The position numbers and the translations under genes were made by a program. The notes below the pieces were generated by a model. It searched no databases and was not told where the DNA came from. It saw only the letters and a program-made list of their open reading frames with translations. Shown one piece after another: positions 23,695 to 32,000 of a stretch of DNA of 32,000 nt. The DNA is from Zygophlyctis sp. KS116 (Eukaryota > Fungi > Chytridiomycota), in NCBI GenBank assembly GCA_054661495.1, contig BAAFSQ010000017.1, forward strand, positions 47,314-79,313, in the 5' to 3' direction. Within the stretch, counting starts at the first letter, position 1; the number at the start of each line of letters is the position of its first letter.

Positions 23695-25106
23695 TTACAG
23701 ACTTGGAGTGACGCAAAAAGGATCAGGAATCATGTTTGATCCATCTCCAGGTATCGGTGGGAATTGACGCATCCAGCAGTATTCATAATGGCAGTCAGGC
23801 AGTACATTTAGATTTGGAACATCAAAGAAATGCGCTTGACAATCATTACAGCAAATACGACTCCTTATAGAATTTGATACAGAATCCAGCATTGGTGAAT
23901 AATGAAATCCGTTTAGTGATAATGCATTTAAAGATTCTTCTGGCAATGTAGGGCAAGAATGAAGCATATCTTCTCTATATTGCTGTGTTCTATCATCAAT
24001 CACATATTGTGGATTCTTGTAAGTAGCTAAACGTTGTTGAATTTTTAAGTATTCTACCCATTTCAAAAGAGCGAAAATAACTCTGGAAAATTCTGCACAT
24101 ACTATTTCATTAGTTAATTATGCATATTACCTCCATCTGATAGAAAACGTAAACAAAAGACTGAAGATTTTTCTTCTGGAATACATTTAATCTGACTTTT
24201 ACATAATGAAACCTTTATATTTTTGTATGAGTCTGGTAGATTTCCAAAAATATGTGATAAAAAAACATCGGTAGATATTATATCCGCTGTATTAATACAA
24301 TTATGCCCAAAAGTAGAAAAATATACATCTTTAGGAGTGAATTGTCTAATTCTAGTTTCAAATCTTTCTCTTACTAACCATAAATAAAATTTCAACTTAC
24401 AAGTCATATTTAGAGCCAACGTCCTTATTCCATAGAGATAATTTGCATTTAAATGTATCTTGTTTCCAAATTTTGTAAAATATAGGACAACCGGTCCTTT
24501 ATTAATCCACCTTTTTTCCTCTACTGAATATTTTTGCAGAGTACATATAAAAGAAGGAGGTTGATGCATACATTTTGAATTTTGTAAAACATGATGAAAC
24601 GTATGACTTCCTCTGAAATTATATTTTTCAGCAGATTGACTATTATACTGAGTATGTGTAACTACATCTTGATCAATTTCTACATCTGAAGGCCAAAAAT
24701 CTGATCTTCCATCATCAATCTGATCTTTTATATTTTCAGTAGTTTCATATATAGCATTATCTTATTTTAGATTTTAGTAAAATATACGAGGTTCCTGCTG
24801 TTCATCTTCTAATTCATCAATTTCCGTTTCCGTTCCTTCATCGGTACTTGTGCCTTCAGTACTTGGTTCAAAAGTATTATCTTCCTCTGTCGTTTCTTCA
24901 TATCCCACTAGTTCATGATTCGCAGTAATCGTTTCCATTGAATTTGCTATTAAATGAATATTATCATGAAAACCTGCTGCTTCTGCAATTCTCGAACTTC
25001 TCCTTTGAACCTCCATATTTTTCATACAAGACTGTAATTCTAAAAATCAGTATTTACAGACAGTACCATTGTAGTCAGAGCTTGAAATGACTGGAAATCC
25101 ATTCAT
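23695..25106 (-). CDS. Protein with acidic N-terminus, RanBD/PH-like domain and C-terminal C3HC/BIR-like zinc finger; introns 25040-25066, 24761-24787, 24613-24640, 24374-24400, 24102-24130
   Basis: Splices into one frame from MNGFPVISS. CTLQKYSVEEKRWINKGPVVL...LALN...FCLRF (RanBD-like); RLATYKN...LSLNGFHY...CNDC-x16-H-x3-CW (BIR/C3HC-like). Confidence 0.55.
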
Positions 25107-25309
25107 TGCGTCAAAATCAGTCAAAACACGAAGAATCTTCGCGTTTTTCATGTTTTCGCGTTGCACAACTTGCGCCAACCAGACAAATTGACTCCGCAGT
25201 GCTAGACCGTTTGAATTTGACTGCTGGATCCATAAATGAAAATTTGAAATCATTTTCTGATGCATTTTCTGATGCTTTTGATCAGGAGAAAAATTGGTTC
25301 CGGAAAATC

Positions 25310-27277
25310 ATGCATTGGTGGATAATCATTCTTGTTCAGTTCTCCGCACTTCTCGCTGTCGATCATAATATTCAAAATACAATCAATCATCTAACTAATC
25401 ATTTGTCAAACAAGGGTAGATTTCACTATTTAATACTAGATTCTAATCTGATCAATAGCATCAGAACTATTAATGTACATGGCAATTCACCAACTTTCCA
25501 TGTAGTAACTAATCTAGAGCCATTGTCTATGGGTACATTGAAACTTCCGGCAGTGATTTGGATTGGAATAAATGGTTATAATGTCACTAAATATATTTCA
25601 TCAACGCCAAATTATGAGGGGTGTTTATTAAATGATCCCTCTACAAAAGTTGTTATACGGACTAATATGATCTATGGATGGTTTAATAAGCCGAAAGTAT
25701 TTATAAATCAGTTATTGAATACTAAAAAATCTGGAATTCTGCTGGACTATGATATTAGGCATTTGATATTGGTAACTCTTGACGTTAAAGATTTAAGTTC
25801 AAAATACAAAAATTTAGGAACTGGAATAATTCAATTTCCAAGCTTTCAGATTATTGGAACTAAAATCTACGTTATTATTAAAGGAATGGTTAAAAATACT
25901 AATTATATTTTGTATTCTGGGTATCAGAGGAATAATTTTAATGATCATGTACATGTAAAAGCATTCTGGGATCGTGAAAAGTTTCAAAATGAATTAGGGG
26001 CTCTCAAAAGTTTTGGTAGATTATACGATTCAAATGATAAATATATGATACTAGCAAGCAAAGCAGTTGAGGGATATACGCTCAATTACTTGTTAGAACA
26101 CTTTTACAGAGATCCTGAATATGTCTTAAGGCTGATTGATAAAATTCAAATTTCTATTAAATTGCTTCATTTAAAATTTGGGATAGCTCATCAAAATATT
26201 AACGCTGAAAATATAATTGTACAGTCTGATGGATCTTTGGAATTTATTAATTTTGAAAATGCTCGAAATTACCATATAAATTATATGCTTAACCATCAAC
26301 TTTTACAAAATGATTTGGATTCAGCAGAAAAATCATTGAAAGCTTTTAATCAGGTTATAAATGCTTTTAGGACTCCATTAGCACTTACTTCTCAGCGTTT
26401 TTTTAGGAAATACGTTTCAGATATGGTTAAGCTATATGGATCTGAAGCTGCTCTACATCTTTGGGAAGTAACAAAGAAACAGAAGTATATTGATTATATA
26501 AAGAAAAATGGTTACTCTCCAAAATCATCAGAAAACCTTGCTAGACGCCTTAATGCAGCAAGTCAAGAAGATTCAGAAGAGCCATTATGTATATTTGTTG
26601 GCGTGAATGAATATATCATCACTGACTACATTTCTTCAGGAGCTCAAGGATCAACTTTTAGAGGATATTTATCTCAAGATCCAAATGAAAGAGTTGTATT
26701 TAAAATATACAAAGAGCCTAATGCAAGGAAGGCTTTTTTTACAGAAAAAAGAGCCTTGATCATTCTCGGTAGATTATATGATGAAGATTTGTCAAATTTA
26801 ATAACCGTACAAGAAGAAATTCCTGGCCAAGTGTTATCAAAATGGTTTATTAATCATGATAATATTTCAGAAGAAGTTGCTTTTAAAGAAGCTATTCAAT
26901 TATTATATAATTTTCAAACGGAATGGAATTTAGTTCATAACGATGTCCGACCAGAAAATATTATTCGAAAGCCTGATGGTAAATTAGAATTGATTGATTT
27001 TGGATACTCTGACATTCTTTCTGACAATAATCTTACATACAATCAACAGATCAATAAGGATTTTCAAATTGCTAAAAGAGAATTTCGGTATTACTTTTTA
27101 GCCTTAGAGGCAAAAATAGCCATGGAAAACCCATTAGAACCAGGATCAGAATCAGTCGTCAAAAAGTATGTAGACATGCGAAGCTCTAGAGGAGATCCAT
27201 TTGGAGCGAGAAAATATTGGTCAAACTTTCGGTATAAATTTTTCAAATTATCTAGCATGAAAATGCACAGTGATTAA
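25310..27277 (+). CDS. Secreted 655-aa protein: signal peptide + degenerate kinase N-lobe + pseudokinase + minimal (Bud32/RIO-like) protein kinase; no intron required
   Basis: Likely start ATG 25310 (MHWWIIILVQFSALLA). Pseudokinase: IAHQNINAENII..EFINFEN. Intact kinase: SSGAQGSTF, VVFK, TEK, VHNDVRPENII, IDFG. Confidence 0.75.
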   Translation: MHWWIIILVQFSALLAVDHNIQNTINHLTNHLSNKGRFHYLILDSNLINSIRTINVHGNSPTFHVVTNLEPLSMGTLKLPAVIWIGINGYNVTKYISSTPNYEGCLLNDPSTKVVIRTNMIYGWFNKPKVFINQLLNTKKSGILLDYDIRHLILVTLDVKDLSSKYKNLGTGIIQFPSFQIIGTKIYVIIKGMVKNTNYILYSGYQRNNFNDHVHVKAFWDREKFQNELGALKSFGRLYDSNDKYMILASKAVEGYTLNYLLEHFYRDPEYVLRLIDKIQISIKLLHLKFGIAHQNINAENIIVQSDGSLEFINFENARNYHINYMLNHQLLQNDLDSAEKSLKAFNQVINAFRTPLALTSQRFFRKYVSDMVKLYGSEAALHLWEVTKKQKYIDYIKKNGYSPKSSENLARRLNAASQEDSEEPLCIFVGVNEYIITDYISSGAQGSTFRGYLSQDPNERVVFKIYKEPNARKAFFTEKRALIILGRLYDEDLSNLITVQEEIPGQVLSKWFINHDNISEEVAFKEAIQLLYNFQTEWNLVHNDVRPENIIRKPDGKLELIDFGYSDILSDNNLTYNQQINKDFQIAKREFRYYFLALEAKIAMENPLEPGSESVVKKYVDMRSSRGDPFGARKYWSNFRYKFFKLSSMKMHSD

Positions 27278-27428
27278 TAGAATAAATCTGTAAAAACATT
27301 TTATAGAATTGGCTGCGAATCGGATTTTCATGCAAATCTTCCATTTTAGCCGATGCTAGCATTCCTTGCCTTTGACCTTGCAAGCCTCTTATGATATCAG
27401 CTGATTTGACCATTTTGACAGATTTGAC

Positions 27429-28470
27429 ATGAAAATTGTATTATGTAATATTATCGCTCTTTTAATGCTCTCTGTGGAGGTGATCGGAGGTAATTTACTC
27501 CACAATAATAATCTTAGGACCTGTAGCCAATTTTGAAACGATCAAATATCCAAGACGATTTTTTGGTCCGCTTCATCAGTTTCTAAGATCGCATCAGAGT
27601 ATCAATATTTTATTAAACGGAGAGTCTAGTTTTCATCATTTTACCGCCAATCTAGGGAAAAATCGTTATGTGATTACTGATTTCCTAACGGCTTTGGATA
27701 ATGTCTATTATTATCAAGGACATATGGAATATAAATCCAAAGATTTTATTATAGTAAAGGTTTTTGGGAAAAGATCAGTGCATAAATACTATGAAGAATT
27801 AAGAAATTCGGTTTATGATAAAAGTAGGCATGTGGTGGATAGTGATAAACAAAATCATATAATTGTGGAAAAGGTCAAAAGTCCATCTATTGTAACTCTC
27901 TATGATGATTCTCGATATGTTCTTACAAAAACAGTAGAGGCTAATCCTTCATTAATGGTGTGCTTTGGACATAAGATGAAAGACGAGCCGATCAATCAGG
28001 TTATACTCAAATTTTATGCGGGAAAAAAAGGTCTAGTAGAATACAGAAAAGAAAAGGAGTGTTTGAGAAGTTTAGGGAGGTTAATAGCTCATGATGGGTT
28101 ACAGCTCATACTGATCGAAAGAAAAATTTGGGGAGAAACTTTGCAAAATGTATTGGATGCTGGATTGATAGAGCCTGAAGTACTGTTGGAAAAGTGCCAA
28201 AACTTACTCTATAAACTCCAAAACAATTTTGGTTACACTCATAAGGACATAAACGCTTCTAATATTATAGTAATGAGGAACGGAGATGTAGAATTTATCA
28301 ATTTTTCCAAATCTGAACGGTTATCTAGTGATCCAGAAAGAGCATCAGACGAAAAAATAAAGGATATGATTGATTTGCTAAAGATTTTCAAGGACAGAGT
28401 CTCAAGTTTACATAGCGGCTCATTCAGTTCAGTAGTCAAGGATATTTTAGATTATTATGAGATAATTTAA
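27429..28470 (+). CDS. Secreted paralogous (pseudo)kinase: signal peptide + degenerate N-lobe + kinase-like domain; intron 27490-27517
   Basis: MKIVLCNIIALLMLSVEVIG joined in frame to ORF 27670 by a 28-nt intron. VILKFY..KEKECLRSLGRL..WGETL..THKDINASNIIV..EFINFSK; DFG replaced by NFS, no Gly-rich loop. Confidence 0.72.
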
Positions 28471-28478
28471 ATCATTTA

Positions 28479-31400
28479 TTATTTTTTAGTAAAACCACCA
28501 AGTGCAAGTGCATGAATACTTTTTCCAAAGTTTTTTGTTGGAACGGCCTTGAAGGTTCTTCCACCAGAATCATATTTATAAAATTCAGCAACTGTAGAGG
28601 CGTCTATTAAGTCTGGACCTAAAGAGTCCTTGTAGAGTTTTACGGCAGTATCTGAGACTTGATCATAAACGTACAGTCCTTTGAAAGAGAAATTGTTTAC
28701 TTGACGGAAAAGAATAAGAAAATGAGTAGAGTTTGATTCCATGAGACTCTAAAATTAGTATCAAAGATTTACATTCAAAACATTTTGTTTGACCTGTTCA
28801 TTCACTTTACCAGCAAGGCAGACGTGAACTAATGCATTCTTGATGAGATTTCTATTAGAAAGTTGCTTCTGCCTGGGTATTGGTGGTGATTTCTTTAGCT
28901 TAATGGTATTCCTTTCTTTGGTATCATTACATGCTAAATATTATATTGGAAACTATATACATGAAGCTGTATTCTTTTCTGTTGATATGCACTTAGATTC
29001 TGCTGCTCTACAAAATTAGAAGTATGAAACTAACATTTTATCATTGTCTTCAATCTTTCTTTTGTAATATGGACTGGGAAGCCTCTTTGAATCCTATGAT
29101 TAATTAGATATAATTATAATACATTCTTTATCGGTTCAGATGGAGCATTTATATTTGAAGCTCCAGAACCTCCTCGTTGAGAAACTCTAGAAAATGTACG
29201 ATTGAGATTTTTAACCTCGGGTTCATCATTCAATGGATAAAATACGAGCCCTTTGTGAGAATCAGACTCTGTATTATTATGTTCCGAGTCTTTAGATATC
29301 AAAACATTTTTGCTACTTTCACCATTTTCGTCACTCGCTTTCGCAGTTATAGCATTTGTAAGAGAAACAGAAATCCTATTTTCTGTTTTATCAAACTCTT
29401 GAATTGAACTTCTTCTCCTTGAATTTTTCCTGGACACAAAAGTGAAAGATCTCCTCTTATGCTTTGGTTTCTTCTCGGGCTTGACATCCTCTTCTTCCGA
29501 TTCCCACACATCTTCCTTTTCTTCTGAGTATCCGCTTTCAACTCTCTCATTCGCATCGTATAAAGTAACTTCTGAACAATTTTTGCGAACTTTTATCTCT
29601 TCCGGAATTTCTTGAATTGATTCATGTATCTCTTCTTTTTCATCAAATTCATACTGTAAATATACTTTCTCTTCCTGAATAGATGAGAATGATTCAAGTG
29701 AATCATGGTCTGAATCAGCGTTCTCGCATCTAACTTCTTCTAGTATTTCAACATTATCCACAATCAATTTTTCATCATCTTTAGGCTCCTCATCTAGTAA
29801 AAGATTAAAAAGCTTTGGATTAAATGTAGTTATAGTGTTTTCTCCAACCTCATCATCTTCAAGTTCAAACGTGTGTTCAATAGGTTCTACATCCGATGAT
29901 GGATCACAAGGAGGAAATGTTGAAAACTCTTGATCTTGATCACAGGAAACTTGTTCTTGGTTTTGTTCGAGTATCAGCGAATCATACTTCAAAGAGTTTT
30001 CTTCTGGTATATCTTCTTCGTCAATTCTGTCCAATTCTTCAGCAATAAGAGCATTATCTATTGATATTTTCTGACATTCATTTATTCCATTGTTCTTTTC
30101 ATCAAATGATTCTTTTCTGATTTTTGAATCCATTTCAATCGTTATAGTGTCCATGTCTCCTTTGCTATGGGATAATTTATCGGATTGTATTTGAGAATTA
30201 CGCAACTCCACAGTTTTTAATTGGGTGCTAGAAAATTAAATACAATCAAGACCTACTTTTTTCTATAAATAAGCGGTGGATGGTTTTCAAAATGCTGAAA
30301 TAAATTCAGTAATAGTGTCATAAAAACTCCCTTTAACTGAATAGTAAACACAGAGAGTTCATGAGGAAGCCACGGTACAATTACACTGTTCCATTTAGAG
30401 CAGATATTTTTAATCGCTTCAAAATTATCAAAAGAATGTTCTGAAATTAAAGTAGACTCGTTATAAATTGATATGATTGCCAAGACAACTTTTCCATCTG
30501 CCAAATCTGAAACAAGATCATCCATTTCTAGTATCCGGTTCGTATTACTTAATTTATTAAATTCCATGATGCATTGATTACACCAAATTAGTAATGCGTC
30601 CTCCATATCAAATGGATACAATAAATTTGAGTCAAAGCAAGGGAATTGTCTAAAATGTTAAATTTTAAGATTTACTCCAAATGTCCTACTATCCTTTCAA
30701 TCGTTAATTCCCTTACACTATAGCTCATTATTGCATTTATAATATTGGAGTGAACCGACTAAAATTAGCATTTAAAAATAAATACCTCATAAAATGGTGC
30801 TTTTGAACTGGTCATAGTCTTGAACGAATCTAAACTGGAAGACTTATAATTTAAATGTCCTAATTCTGTCAGAGAATCCAAGAACCGGCCATTGTTTTTG
30901 TGACATAAGCTTTCATTCAAAGAAGAGCCACATTTATGCATACTATCCATTAAGTAATTATATAATTCCGATGAACATAAAAGGGCTACCAATCTTGAGG
31001 ATATTAATGATCCCTTTTTTAGTTATTATAACATTTTTATTATACCTCTTTATCCAAATCTTGAATCAATTCCCCCATTTTGACTTTTTCAACACTTTGG
31101 GTATCTGACAAAAAAGATTGATATTTCATCAAAGTCCATCTTAATAGAATTTTGAAAGAAGTCTATAACGTTATCAATTGGTTTAAATACTTCTGAAATG
31201 GAATAATCTGAATCTGTAACCGATTCTTCGTTTGCATCAATCACCTCTATTTCATCCTTTTTGATCTCTTTCAGGTCTTGTAAGCATATGATTTCAGCCG
31301 AAGGTGCGATTTTGCGATTTACTGATTGCTCATATGATCGTTTGAGAAAGTGAAGAAATCGTAAGCATGATGACGGATCACCAACTTTACATAATTCTAA

Positions 31401-31759
31401 ATCATTGTGAGAATATTCAAGTCCAATTTCATCGAGAGCGTTAAGTAGCATCCGGTATGTCTGATCCATTAATTCCCCGTTGTCCAAATCTAGAGCTTCA
31501 TCAGAGGAAAACCAATCAAGATCAACTGATGATGGAGATATTAAATAGACTATCTATAATTGAGAATCATAGTACTCACTTGCAGGAATGAAAATCCATC
31601 GATTAGATCGCCTGTTTTTAGGTTATCTTTCCCAGTGGCTTTCGATAGCCATTCTAATTCGTTGGAATGTCCGAACTTTTCAATTTCCTTGTATTGCTGT
31701 TGAATAGGCTTCATAGAAACTAAATTGGGGTGGCCGATTTGTGTAACGATTGTATTCAT
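28479..31759 (-). CDS. CAMSAP: CAMSAP/Patronin microtubule minus-end protein (CAMSAP N-terminal region + CH + acidic linker + CKK) with an extra N-terminal CH domain; 10 introns
   Basis: CKK: SNRNLIKNALVHVCLAGKVNE..HFLILFR..FKGLY..GP..I....V..FYKYDSGGRTFK.VPTK. CAMSAP-CH: LLCSSELY, YPFDMEDALLIW, DLVSDLADG. All exons join in frame via 24-32-nt introns (e.g. 28749-28772, 31554-31579). Confidence 0.88.
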
Positions 31760-32000
31760 ATCGCCAATATTAAGTAAAACCAGGGCCAAATATAAACGGT
31801 GGCGTTCCGAAGCGGCAGTCTGACTGATCGAAAAGATACTTAATCCTAATTAGTAATGGCCTAGATGCTTTTAGTTGCTTGTTCTTGAGAAACATTCGTA
31901 GAAATTGAATCTCAAATCTATGTAATTAATCAGTATTAAGCCATTTATTGTGTCAACACTATACGAACAATTTGTCCGACTTAGGCCGATTTGAAATTCT

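Noticed and set aside
25106-25309. 68-aa N-terminal extension of the kinase ORF and the opposite ORF 25047-25265
   Set aside because: The extension starts at TTG; the region is the divergent promoter, and the first ATG (25310) directly yields a signal peptide.
22898-28470. TatD + kinases as a prokaryote-style defence island
   Set aside because: Context is eukaryotic with spliceosomal introns; TatD is an ordinary conserved gene and nothing beyond proximity links it to the kinases.
11289-29556. Overlapping or antisense ORFs 11289-11495, 12581-12763, 14573-14917, 15282-15464, 16831-17052, 18116-18454, 19904-20089, 22121-22327, 22770-22958, 28239-28439, 29177-29407, 29347-29556
   Set aside because: Shadow or alternate-frame ORFs over well-supported genes, with no recognisable motifs.
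1-32000. Alternative genetic code or stop-codon readthrough to explain ORF fragmentation
   Set aside because: Interrupting stops fall inside predicted introns, long exons (UBR1 1421 aa) translate cleanly in the standard code, and both TAA and TGA are used as true stops.
1-32000. tRNA, rRNA, CRISPR arrays, transposons, telomeric repeats
   Set aside because: None recognised; intergenic spaces are too short and no repeat arrays, terminal repeats or transposase motifs were seen. Small ncRNAs cannot be excluded without a covariance-model search.

Overview
AT-rich, extremely compact eukaryotic nuclear DNA, most likely from a flagellated (zoosporic, chytrid-like) fungus. The taxon is inferred from gene content: CCDC162-like, NSUN7-like and CAMSAP genes next to fungal-type Arc1, Ubr1, TPT and TatD genes. 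The many short ORFs are exons. Splicing by hand gave about 16 genes and about 75 GT-AG introns, nearly all 23-32 nt, with intergenic gaps of -4 to about 220 nt. Gene order: MRPL17 (partial), CCDC162-like, ARC1, two orphans, SHP+UBX-like protein, small Cys/His ORF, NSUN7-like, TPT/SLC35E transporter, UBR1, secreted GPI-type NtA-like protein, TatD, RanBD-like+C3HC/BIR-like protein, two tandem secreted kinase/pseudokinase genes, CAMSAP/Patronin. Most notable: (1) a tandem pair of secreted proteins built from repeated kinase N-lobes, pseudokinase and minimal kinase modules; (2) a CAMSAP with an extra N-terminal EB1/SPEF1-like CH domain; (3) an agrin-NtA-like surface protein; (4) a RanBD-like + C3HC/BIR-like fusion; (5) uniform tiny introns with near-abutting genes. 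All family calls come from motif recognition by eye, not database searches. No RNA genes, CRISPR arrays or mobile elements were recognised.
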